DNA from: Paraspadella gotoi
Lineage: Eukaryota > Animalia > Chaetognatha
DNA: 64,000 nucleotides
NCBI GenBank assembly: GCA_051294375.1
Contig: CM119271.1
Coordinates: 2,787,611 to 2,851,610, forward strand
Direction of reading: 5' to 3'
The translations under genes were made by a program, and so were the position numbers. Position 1 is the stretch's first letter; the number at the start of each line of letters is the position of its first letter. The notes below the pieces were generated by a model that did no database searches, was not told the origin of the DNA, and saw nothing but the letters and a program-made list of their open reading frames with translations. Shown here in pieces: positions 28,898 through 40,200 of the stretch.

Positions 28898-30194
28898 CCA
28901 ACTTTCTTTTTCCGCCCCCCCCCGCGCAGAACGGAAGCGGCCGTCAAGGTTCGAAAGACTTGGAAGCCGAGAAAATCATTGTTAAAAAAAATGTCGTTAA
29001 AAATAAATTAGGTCGAACGCGACGTGAGATTCTAACACTAACGGTCAACGGAAGTTGTTGGGATTATAACAAAATCACGTTTAGTCACTAGAATGGAGGG
29101 ATGGAAAGAACGAATGAGTGAATGCATGAATGAATTATTGGATGAATTAATGAATAAATGAATGAATGAATGAATGAATGAATGAATGAATGAATGAATG
29201 AATGAATGAATAAATGAATGAATGAATGAATGAATGGATGCATGAATTATTGGATGAATGAATGGATGCATGAATACACGCATTAATGGATATATACATT
29301 TATAGAGAAAACGTTAATTTAAAAAAAGCCATTCTATCAAGCGAACAATATAAAAATTTAAAAAAATAATCAATACATTTAAGATCGAATGGAGGACAAA
29401 GCGTCGTAAATTAATGCTCTTAATCTGTATAAGTATTCATCAGTTTTCTTATTATTATTAGTATCATTATCAATATTCTAGCGTAAATTAGTTTTAAACG
29501 TTTAATCCTATTTTCATCGACAGGAGATGAATCCTTCTAACCACGCCACGATCCAGGGAATAGTTCACGCCGTCGGCCTTCATCCTAAGGTGAGGAAAAG
29601 TCTTTGTTGCTGTTGTTGTTATGCCGTGATGTGACATGATGTCGCTCTATGTAACGAGACCGAGATTCTTTGGATATATATTTCTGCATGAATATGGATA
29701 ATAGGTAGCCCAGTTAAAATTATTCGCGTTGTTGAAACTCTTGATTAGTTAAAAAGGTATTTTGTTCGCGGTTTGTTTTTGTCGTCGTCGTCGTCGTCGT
29801 GGTCGTCGTTGTTGTTGTTGTTGTTTTTCTTTTTTCAAAAAAAAATAGTTCGAGCTTGGCTTTGATCCTCTGACCCCTGGGATGAGGAGGAAGAGAAAGA
29901 AAAAGAAGAGAAAAAAGAAAGATAAACTGGAAGAAAAGGGGCGTGAAGAAAGAGGAGAGAGAGAGAGAGAGAGTGGGGGAAGTGAGAGAGGGAGAAGGAG
30001 ATTTGGAAGTTTGAAAGATCAGTCGGTATATTTTTTTGTTTTTTCGGTAATGTCATCGATGAAAGATAGAGAGAGAGAGAGAAGAGAGAGAGAGAAGAGA
30101 GAGAGAGCAGAAGACCTCCAAAGAAGCAAGGCAGACGCCGAAACGAAGAACGGTTTCCGCCTTCGTACGGGGGAAATAACTCGTGAGACATAAG

Positions 30195-30257
<63 letters not shown>

Positions 30258-30396
30258 GAGAGAGAGAGGAAGAAGAGAGAAGAGAGAGGAGAAAAGAGAG
30301 AGAGTGGGGAAGTGAGAGAGGAAGGTAGATACCTAGATAGAAACAGAAAGTTATGAAGATCGGTTTACTTTTTTTGTTTTTTGGTAATTCATTCGA

Positions 30397-30475
<79 letters not shown>

Positions 30476-30960
30476 GAGAGAGAGAGAGAGAGAGAGAATG
30501 AAAAAACCACACACACACACACGCACAAGAAGCAATATAAATATGGATAATCGATAAGGAATAAAATGCTCGACCATCAGACTTCGAATTAACGATTCCT
30601 TCCCGAGGACGACCCGACCGACTCGTCCTTGGAGGAGGCGTCTGACGTCAGAGCATCCCTCCAAGTCCTCGTCAATTAATTCTCTGCTGGAGATTAGACG
30701 CGCCCCTTGTCGAACCGAGTGTCCGCGGGCGGGCGGATTAAAGAAAGTGTTGGGAGAATGCGGGGAGCATTATATAGGGTTGTCCGAAGATGATCCGATT
30801 GTTCGAAGATTTCGTCTTAATTGGAGTCCGAAATTCGAAATTTTGTGGCGATTTAAAAAAAACGGAAATATCGCTCCAGAATCTCTTTTGAGGTTAAGAA
30901 ACAATAGTCATTCGAGGTATTTTATTGACAAAACTTTATCGACGTATTTGATTCAGAATT
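25500..30960. other. Mirror duplication around the 25-N gap at 28482-28506; includes a frameshifted inverted copy of the BMP3 66-nt exon at 27155-27229
   Basis: The left arm is a noisy reverse complement of the right arm. Confidence 0.8.
29524..29589 (+). CDS. BMP3: BMP3/GDF10-like, 66-nt mature-domain exon
   Basis: gacag|GAGATG...CCTAAG|gtgagg, phase 0/0. Encodes EMNPSNHATIQGIVHAVGLHPK (compare BMP3 PSNHATIQSIVRAVG). Not in the ORF track. Confidence 0.92.
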
Positions 30961-32190
30961 TAGAAAAAAAAAAAACAAAACAAATAAATAAATAAATAAT
31001 CCCGATTTAGCTTTAAAAAAAAACTGAAGAGAAAAGAAATTCCAATTCAGCGAAGATAAAAAAATATTCCCATTCGCTCTTGGAAATTGTGGTATCCATT
31101 CCACCACTAATTAACTAAATTTACAATTAAAATGTCTTAACAGTAAATAATGATCGCAACATCTTTGACACATTTTTCGAAACGATCATGGATTAATTAA
31201 TTAAACACATTAATCTTCAAGTTATATTTAAATCGACCGAGGGATCGTCCACAAATTAAAAGATCGCACATAGCGGGTATCTCAGTGACGTTTTCACTCA
31301 TTCAAATTTATAAATTAAGCTTATTATATGTACACCTGGCCGAAAAGAAAAGAAAATATCTGGCCAAGAGTTAGACGTAAATTGGATAGCGGGGATATTA
31401 CATGAGTCAGATGAAGGAAATACCCCTTCTCTTGCTTAATGAAATTGGTACAATTTGTATAAAAATGATAGTATGGTGGACTAAAATCCACCAACCTTTC
31501 ATCAGCGGCCATTGGTGCCGGAGGCAAGTCATTCGCTTCCAAAACCAAAGATCCGGTGTCAAGCGTGAACATTTGAACCCTGTAGAGTGACTAGGAAATT
31601 ATTATCAATTAAACGCTTTGGATGAGGCTGCAGCACCTTGCTACGGGCGAATTAAGCGCCCTGTCCCCCTGTGGCTACTGGACTAGAACGCTGGACCTTG
31701 GGGTTGGGTGGCGAATGAACGGTTGGTTGATCCTACATAACAGACTTGGTTTCCCGATCAAATTCGTGATAAAAGCATTAAATATTTGTTTTTCCTCGGG
31801 ACTTTGATCCAACTCGTTGTTATCGCATCGAAATGCCTTCTCTCTCGATTTTCATTTTTTTTAGGACTTATAATGAAAAAAATATCGAACTCGGCTTTGT
31901 CTTGTAGACTTAAAAAAATAATTAGTTTAAAGCTTAAGGAGTTTTACGTATTTTCAGTTTCGTTTTCGTCAACAACTGTTATTCAAACCCCTATCTCTAG
32001 ACTTATTTTATGACTAAGCTAACAAATTGAATCCCCAGGAAAAAAAAATCCGACGGTTTTAGTTCCTGATGATATTCGGTACAAGTTATAAGAAAAATAA
32101 TAAATAGAATAAAATTGAAAAAATAATAACCCGACTCTTAATACATAAAAAACAAAAATTAATTCCATCCAAGCTCGAAAATTATAAACG

Positions 32191-32507
32191 ATGGGAACTT
32201 CGATCTCCGTCGGGAAGCAAAACGAAATGGACAACTGGGAAAATCCACACGAGCTGACGATCAACTCGAAGCTGCGCGTCGAACATTTGGCCAACCTTCG
32301 CGGGTTCGGGCGAAAACTCCAACTCTGCTCGACTGAAGAAACTTTCGCGGGAATGGTCAAGTACAATCACTGGTTCGTCACCGACGGAGTTTGGGTCTTC
32401 GAATTCGCCTGTTTCATCCCGGGAAAACGATTCGTTAAGGTTCACAACGATTTGTCGAGATATGTCATTGGCGGGAATAAGCTTTACGTCGTTCATCAGG
32501 AGTTTCG
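32191..32507 (+). CDS. LRAT/PLAAT-like domain + AIG1-type GTPase fusion protein, exon 1
   Basis: ATG encoding MGTSIS (MGxxxS). Contains the KYNHWFVTDG His-box. Donor CG|gtaaat opens an 88-nt intron (32508-32595) ending in a pyrimidine tract and cccag, in frame with the 32609 ORF. Confidence 0.82.
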
Positions 32508-32595
32508 GTAAATAAGCTGAAAGCCGTGGTGAAGCTGTTTTGTGGTAAGGACTAAGGACACGCCCTTTCTCAATATCTCTCTCTCTCTTTCCCAG

Positions 32596-33350
32596 TCTCA
32601 CTCGAGACGTGAAACAAAGAATGAAAAACGTCAGTGGCGCCACCAATCACTCCATCCTCTTGCGCAATTGCGAACACGTGGCCCGTTACGTCTACTCGGG
32701 CAACTGGATCTCCTTCCAAACCGCCGGCGGTGGAGGAATCAGGGAAGAATTCAAGAAAATCCTGACGCCCGAAGCGAAGAAGCTCATCAACACTCCGCCC
32801 AAGGAAGTGGACGACGACTTGGACGCCGATCAAGTCGCGACGGATCTTTTGTACCCTGAATGCAAATTCATGGTTCAATTTTGCAACAAGGGAAAATGTC
32901 TGGAAAGCGCGAGTCAGTCTGGCTACAACGTACTGTTCCTCGGCCCGACTGGGTCGGGAAAATCCCGCCTCATCAACCTCTTGTTCAACAAAGAAGTGAG
33001 CAAATCCGCGCCGGACGCACAGTCCGTCACCAAGGACGTCGTCTTTTTGGAAGGTCTTATCTTCGCCGACGACGTCAACGGCTACACCGGATCGGAGTCG
33101 GAACGCGAGGTCAAATCCATGAACGTCATCGACACGATCGGCCTTTGCGATTCCTTCATGAGCAAGAAGGAAGTTTACGATTGCGTCAAGGATAAACTCG
33201 AGACGAACGTCGTCTCCATCGACATCGTCGTCGTCGTCTGCTACGGACGAATCGAGGGCAGCCACACCGAAGCCATCAATCAATACTTGGATTGGCTCCA
33301 CTACAAGGAACATCCGAAAAACTTTGTCTTCGTCTACAACAAAGCGGAGA
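32596..33350 (+). CDS. LRAT/PLAAT-like + AIG1/GIMAP-like GTPase, exon 2 (interrupted at ~33350)
   Basis: SILLRNCEHVARYVYSG (NCEH box). G1 NVLFLGPTGSGKS, G2 QSVT, G3 VIDTIG, G4-like VYNKAE. GC-rich coding composition stops abruptly at 33350, where an inverted block begins. Confidence 0.88.
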
Positions 33351-35435
33351 TTAAAAATTTGAAGTTCAAGAACAATTGTCGAATAATGACGAATTTTCTT
33401 GTATTGAAGTGTTTTTTTTTATATATTTTGCTGGTTCTTAAAATATAATTACATCTTTTTTGGTATTATTATCTTCAGCAGGCGTTATGAATTGAAATAT
33501 CGCCGCTATCCGCAAATGTTTTCCAATTGCATTTTCCAATTTAAGAGTAGATTATTATTGTATTTCCATTTTATCCTTTCATTTTATTTTTTGCAAAATT
33601 ACGTTGTAAAAAACAGCCGAAAAAAAAGGAAGATAAAATTCAGAAAATCGTGTCTCCGACTTCCGCTTTCCGCTCAACGCAAAACATAATTTCGGCGGGT
33701 ATTCAAAAAAACAAGCGGTCGCGTCTACGTGCGCGCCTTCCTCTCTCTCTCTTCCCTCTCTCCTCTCTCTCTCTCTTCTCTCTCTCTTTTCTCGCTGGGT
33801 ATTTCCGGCTAAGTCTGTTTTGATTTGGTGATCGATAGAACCTCCTAATTCCAGAAAATCGACTAAGGAAACAAAGGAACATCAGTTATAGATGTTTTTT
33901 CAAAGTTTCCGCCAGAGGACAGGTTGCCAGAGGTCGGAGAGATAACTAAAAAAAACAAATTTAGATCATTGTTAGATTTCTAGTGGCAACTAAATTTCTC
34001 AAGATATGTTTCTAATTAATTTCCTACTTATAACAAAATAAAAGTTAGCCTAACCTAAAACTAATAACATTTTTTTTTTCCTTTTTTATATCAAAACAAA
34101 TATATGTTTAATAAAGAATTTATAATTGTAAGATTCCAAAATAGTAATTTATTTTCGTTTTGAGGTACAGTTGTATCTTAACGCGAGTTCCATAAAAATT
34201 CTGGACCAATAAATATATACATTGTTCATGACTTAACAGTATGCGAAATGCTAACGAATAATAAAAATAATTTTTTTGGGCGAAATGATCACCCTAACAC
34301 GAATATCGACGTCCAGAAAAAGGCCGATGAAATCATGGATCGTTTATTTTTAGTTTAATTTTTGTGATCGAGTTTTATAAATCGAGTCGCCAGAAGTTAA
34401 CATTTTTTTTTGTCGTTTGTCAGGGCGAAACGACAATTATTTTCGTTTGTACAAAAATGCTAGTCTACGTTTGACAACTCGTTCATTAATTACAAAAAAA
34501 AAAAAAATAGCAAACAGTAATACACAAATCGGTACAAATAAAAGAATATACGCATCGAAATTATTATTTATACACTGTCCCTCAGTTCCGGGGTGGAAGG
34601 AAATATATATGAGGGCAATGTAGTGATGTCGACTGTAAACTAAAACGTGTTGACAGTCAATAAAAAACTGGACAATTGACATAGTAATTAGTATTCGATC
34701 AACTGGATTAAATAGTACAATCTTCGGAGCGAGTCATGGGATTTTGGACGCTATTTCGGCGGGAAAACATGGGTCGTGGCTCGAGGAAAAATAAGATGTG
34801 GAAATATCGATCGTAGATAAAAAAATGACTGTTAAAAATGTTGACTTTTCATATTTATTTATCTTTATATTTATAAATATATATTTTAAGAAAATTTTGA
34901 TTGAAAAAATGTTCAGGGAAAAGTGATCGATATGTTGGGACGGGAGAAGAAACGCAGTTTCAGTTTGTGATCCTCAGTCGTAGACAGAGTCGGGCAGTAT
35001 CAGACAGGGATCAGATCAAGAGTTACGAATGACCTAAGGCGAACGAATCATCTGCAACCGCAGGGGTTTTTTAAGGACAAGGGATCAAGAGTTACGAACG
35101 AATCATCTGCAACCGCAGGCGGTGACGGACATGTTGGGGTAATTCTTGAGGACGACGTTGAAGTCTTCGTCGAATAGAGAAGCGTCACCGACGTCATTCG
35201 CCGTCGGGACGCACACGGAGCCGGCACCTGGAAGGGGGGAGGCGAGGGACCGGCGGTGTGGAGGGAGGTGGAAAATAAAAAGTCTTTAGAATAAAATGGC
35301 GTCGCTTGACTTAATTCCACTGGCGTTTTTTCAAATGATTTTATGTCCTTTTCGTCATTCCTATTCTTGCTTTCAACACATTCGACGGGTCGCCCATTTT
35401 TCTCTGTTTGTTTGCGGTGAATTTTTTCTTTCTCT

Positions 35436-35469
<34 letters not shown>

Positions 35470-36218
35470 CTACTCTTTCCTCTCTCTCTCTCTCTCTCTT
35501 TTTCCACAACTCTTGTTTACGCTGATGAAGGCGCGAAACATGTCTCGCTTGCCGTATAAAAAAAAACTTCACGTTTGTAGTGACTCAAATGACGAAGACG
35601 ACGACAAAAGTCGACATGGTGTTAATTATTAAATATTAAAAAGTTTTTTCCGTCTTATCTTCACTCAAGAAAGAAATATAAAATGTCTAGATGTCTATAA
35701 AAATAACTCGCCGAGCCTAATTGTATCGCCAAGGATATAAAGAAAAACGAAAGTTGAAAAAAATAATTAGATTCGAGGAAAACAGAGAACATTTGATTTG
35801 AGATTACACAAATCATAAGTTAGCACCGACACCAAAGTTCACGGAATAAACAAAAACAATAAAAATAAAAATATGAAAAAAACCCCAATTCTAAATCTGT
35901 CGTAGCTAGGAATTGTGATCATTTTCGGGAGACATCTTATTACAAGGATTTCTTCGATTCACAAAAATGACGCAGGAACTCTTATGAATTCTTGATCCGA
36001 TTTTTCCGCTGAGACAAAATAGCATCGACCAACTTTTCTCGATCGTTTTCGATCTGATCGTAATCGAGCGCCGGCGGAAATCCCGTGGTGAAGGCCAGCT
36101 CGCGCTCTTTCAGGTCGGAGGTGCTGTCCGAGATCAGGGTGAAGGTGTTGTTCGCGTTCACGTCCAGCATCTCTCCCATCTGCAGCAGATTTTCTACCCG
36201 CTCCGCCACGGTTCAAAT
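33351..36218 (-). other. Inverted block mirroring 36244-38868 plus 41432-41520; includes a noisy inverted copy of the BMP3 last exon at 35103-35227
   Basis: Reverse-complement match across the 25-N gap at 36219-36243. Confidence 0.88.
36150..36218 (-). CDS. Linker segment of the LRAT-GTPase ORF, present only in the inverted block
   Basis: Reverse complement reads (N)LTVAERVENLLQMGEMLDVNA, allowing one extra base. It runs straight into NTFTLISDS, the sequence found on + at 36248. Confidence 0.65.
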
Positions 36219-36243
36219 NNNNNNNNNNNNNNNNNNNNNNNNN

Positions 36244-36436
36244 GACCAACACCTTCACCCTGATCTCGGACAGCACCTCCGACCTGAAGAGCGTCGAGCT
36301 GGCCTTCACCACGGGATTTCCGCCCGGCGCTCGTTACGATCAGATCGAAAACGATCGAGAAAAGTTGGTCGATGCTATTTTGTCTCAGCGGAAAAATCGG
36401 ATCAAGATTCATAAGAGTTCCTGCGTCATTTTGTGA
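36244..36436 (+). CDS. C-terminus of the LRAT-GTPase protein, ending in a polybasic stretch and CaaX (CVIL)
   Basis: Frame from 36245: TNTFTLISDSTSDLKSVELAFTTGFPPGARYDQIENDREKLVDAILSQRKNRIKIHKSSCVIL*. Codon style matches exon 2. Confidence 0.75.
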
Positions 36437-36843
36437 ATCGAAGAAATCCTTGTAATAAGATGTCTCCCGAAAATGATCACAATTCCTAGCTACAACAGAT
36501 TTAGAATTGGGGTTTTTTTCATATTTTTATTTTTATTGTTTTTGTTTATTCTTTGGTGTCGGTGCTAACTTATGATTTGTGTAATCTCAAATCAAATGTT
36601 CTCTGTTTTCCTCGAATCTAATTATTTTTTCAACTTTCGTTTTTCTTTATATCCTTGCGATACAATTAGCTCGGCGAGTTCATTTTTATAGACATCTAGA
36701 CATTTTGTATTTTCTTTCTTTGACTGAAGATAAGAACGGAAAAACTTTTTAATATTTAATAATTAAGACCATCGTCGACTTTGTCGTCGTCTTCGTCATT
36801 TGAGTCACTACAAACGTGAAGTTTTTTTTTATACGGCAAGCGA

Positions 36844-36865
36844 GACATGTTTCGGCCTTCATCAG
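36844..36865 (-). ncRNA. Ultra-minimal hammerhead-like motif in the last BMP3 intron (mirror copy 35522-35544)
   Basis: Reverse complement reads CTGATGAAGGCCGAAACATGTC. Stem II is reduced to palindromic GGCC. Confidence 0.4.
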
Positions 36866-36889
36866 CGTAAACAAGAGTTGTGGAAAAAA

Positions 36890-36920
<31 letters not shown>

Positions 36921-37118
36921 AGAATTCACCGCAAACCAAACAGAGAAAATGGGCGCCCGTCGAATGTTGTTGAAAGCAAGAATAGGAATGACGAAAAAGG
37001 ACATAAAATCATTTGAAAAAACGCCAGTGGAATTAAGTCAAGCGACGCCATTTTATTCTAAGACTTTTTATTTTCCACCTCCCTCCACACCCCGGTCCCT
37101 CGCCTCCCCCCCTTCCAG

Positions 37119-37244
37119 GTGCCGGCTCCGTGTTGCGTCCCGACGGCAATGACGTCGGTGACGCTTCTCTACTTCGACGAAGACTTCAACGTCGTCCTCA
37201 AGAATTACCCCAACATGTCCGTCACCGCCTGCGGTTGCAGATGA
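37119..37244 (+). CDS. BMP3: BMP3/GDF10-like, terminal exon
   Basis: ccttccag| then [41 protein letters not shown]. Completes the 7-cysteine TGF-beta pattern. Confidence 0.93.
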   Translation: MPAPCCVPTAMTSVTLLYFDEDFNVVLKNYPNMSVTACGCR

Positions 37245-39859
37245 TTCGTTCGTAACTCTTGATCCCTTGTCCCTTAAAAACCCCTGCGGTTGCAGATGAT
37301 TCGTTCGCCTTAGGTCATTCGTAACTCTTGATCCCCTGTCTGATACTGCCCGACTCTGTCTACGACTGAGGATCACAAACTGAAACTGCGTTCTTCTTCC
37401 CGTCCCAACATATCGATCACTTTTCCCTGCACATTTTTCAATCAAATTTTCTTAAAATATATATTTATAAATATAAAGATAAATAAATATGAATAAGTCA
37501 ACATTTTTAACAGTCATTTTTTTATCTACGATCGATATTTCCACATCTTATTTTTCCTCGGAGCCACGACCCATGTTTCCCGCCGAAATAGCGTCCAAAA
37601 TCCCATGACTCGCTCCGAAGATTGTACTATTTAATCCAGTTGATCGAATACTAAATTACTATGTCAATTGTCCAGTTTTATTGACTGTCAACCGTTTAGT
37701 TTACAGTCGACATCACTTACATTGCCCTCATATATATTTCCTTCCACCCGGAACTGAGGGACAGTGTATAAATAATAATTTCGATGCGTATATTCTTTTA
37801 TTGTACCGATTTGTGTATTACTGTTTGCTATTTTTTTTTGTAATTAATGAACGAGTTGTCGAACGTAGACTAGCGATTTTTGTCACAACGAAAATAATTG
37901 TCGTTTCCCCTGACAAACGACAAAAAAAATGTTAACTTCTGGCGACTCGATTTATAAAACTCGATCACAAAAATTAAACTAAAAATTAAACGATCCATGA
38001 TTTCATCGGCTCTTTTCTGGACGTCGATATACGTGTTAGGGTGATCATTTCGCCAAAAAAATTATTATAATTCGTTAGCATTTCGCATACTGTTAAGTCA
38101 TGTACAATGTATATATTTATTGGTCCAGAATTTTTATGGAACTCGCGTTACGATACAACTGTACCTCAAAACGAAAATAAATTACTATTTTGGAATCTTA
38201 CAATTATAATTCATTTAATAAACATATATATTTGTTGACATAAAAAAGGAAAAATAAAAATGTTATTAGTTTAGGTTAGGCTAACTTTTATTTTGTTATA
38301 AGTAGGAAAGTAATTAGAAACATATCTGTGAGAAATTTAGTTGCCACTAGAAATCTAACAATGATCTAAAATTTGTTTTTTTAGTTTCTCTCCGACCTCT
38401 GCAACCTGTCCTCTGGCGGAAACTTTGAAAAACATCTATAACTGATGTTCCTTTGTTTCCTTAGTCGATTTTCTGGAATTAGGAGGTTCTATCGAATCAC
38501 CAAATCAAAACAGACTTGGCCGGAAATACCCAGCGAGAAAGAGAGAAAGAGAGAGAGAGAGAGAGAGAAGAGACGCGCACGTAGACCGCACCGCTTGTTT
38601 TTTTGATGATCCCGCCGAAAATTATGTTTTGCGTTGAGGGAAACGGAAAGTCGGAGACACGATTTTCTGAATTTATCTTCTTTTTTTTTCGGCTGTTTTA
38701 CAAACGTAATTTTGCAAAAAAAAATGAAAGAGATAAAATGGAAATACAATAATAATCTACTTCTTAAATTTGAAAATGCAATGGGAAAACATTTGCGGAT
38801 AGCGGCGATATTTCAATTCATAACGCCTGCTGAAGATAAATAAACCAAAAGATGTAATTTATTTTAAGCCAGAGATGTGGAAGCGATCGATTTTTCCGCC
38901 GCTGCCAATCCGGCGCTCTCCAAGACCCCTCCCGCTCCCGTTTTCGGGTGCAATCCTAACTTTTTTTAGCCCGGATCGCTTTCGGTTGAGTGCACATCGC
39001 TTCCTTCTTTAGAAAATTTTATATTTGTTTATTAATTTATAAAAATAATTCTCTTTAGACATGTAATTCATTGGTAGAATAATTTTAAACAATCTTTTTT
39101 GTTATAAATAACAAGTGAAATTTTTACTATGAAAAATTGTAAGATTTGTAAGATTGTAATAATCGTTCGAGTGGAAATGAAGTTTAAATGAAAAAAACAA
39201 CAAACCTTTTTCCCTATTTGCGCTTTCTTTTTTATTAAATATAAATACAAGCTGCATAATTATTCAATTGATCAATTAATTAAATCAATCAATCAATCAA
39301 CTAAACAACTAATCAATCAAAATCACTTAAAAATTAATGAATAAATTTTTATCAATCAATAAATTAAATAATCAATTAATTTATCAATCACTAATTAATA
39401 AATTTATTTTATAAATTATTAAAAGAACTAATTAATTAATTAATCAATCAATTAATCAATCATTAAACAATGTCAGTGTTATCATGTCATCTCCAACGTC
39501 GTTGTTGCTTTTGTCCTGGTCAGTGACCTGACAAAAAGACCTAAAAATTAACAAGGCCTGATATGAATTTATTTTATTTGATCAATCAATCATTCAATTA
39601 ATCATGATGGTGCTATCCTCGTTGTCATCATAATCATCATCAGGGTTGTCATTCTTTTTGTCATAATGAAAAGACAAAAAAACAAACAAGTTTGAGCTAA
39701 CAATGCCAGAACTGATCATTAATTAATTATTCAATCAATTAATCAAATATTCAATCAATCAATCAAAAAATTAAGCAATCAATCAATTTGTCATCGTCGG
39801 TATTATCATTGTCGTGGTTTGCCATCATAATTATTTAATTAATTAAACTCCTTTATCTT

Positions 39860-40200
39860 GTTGTACATTGCCAAACTGTATCTTTATCATTTAATTTATC
39901 CTTGTTTGTTTTGTTTCTCTCTCACTCTCTCTCTCTCTTTAACAAGTTTCAACTTTCTTTTCACAACTCACTCAATCTGGCCTTACCTTCAACCTGTCCT
40001 CACATCTGACCACTATTGCTTCACCACTTTGTTGGGAAAACTTTTACCTTTTCTCTTTCTTTCTCTCTCTCTCTCTCTCTCACACTCTTCTTTTACACAA
40101 TTTATTATTGAATGTCATATGCTGATGAAGGCTTGAAGTAAACAAGCCCGAAACATGTCCAACTATTAATTAAAAATCGTTGTTACAAATTCAAAATTCT
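39860..40200 (+). mobile_element. Penelope-like terminal-repeat fragment; related copies at ~57213-57650, 60750-61080, 60250-60590 (-) and 62300-62680
   Basis: Shared CCTGTCCTCACATCTGACCACT..CACCACTTTGTTGGAAA block, (CT)n, hammerhead motif and AATAAAA..TCGTTG tail. Confidence 0.55.
40122..40159 (+). ncRNA. Minimal hammerhead ribozyme motif (Penelope-like element type)
   Basis: CTGATGA-a-GGCTTG aagtaaa CAAGCC-c-GAAAC ATGTC: both core boxes, a perfect 6-bp stem II and a palindromic ACATGT stem III. Confidence 0.6.

Noticed and set aside
32570-33313. 247-aa minus-strand ORF
   Set aside because: Antisense shadow of the GTPase exon.
33351-33448. Apparent hydrophobic C-terminal anchor of the GTPase in the ORF track
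   Set aside because: Read-through into the inverted block. This sequence is the reverse complement of non-coding DNA at ~41432-41520.
35103-35227. Second BMP gene or antisense pseudogene (also 27155-27229)
   Set aside because: Lies in mirror duplications around 25-N gaps with read-type indels; most likely artefact.
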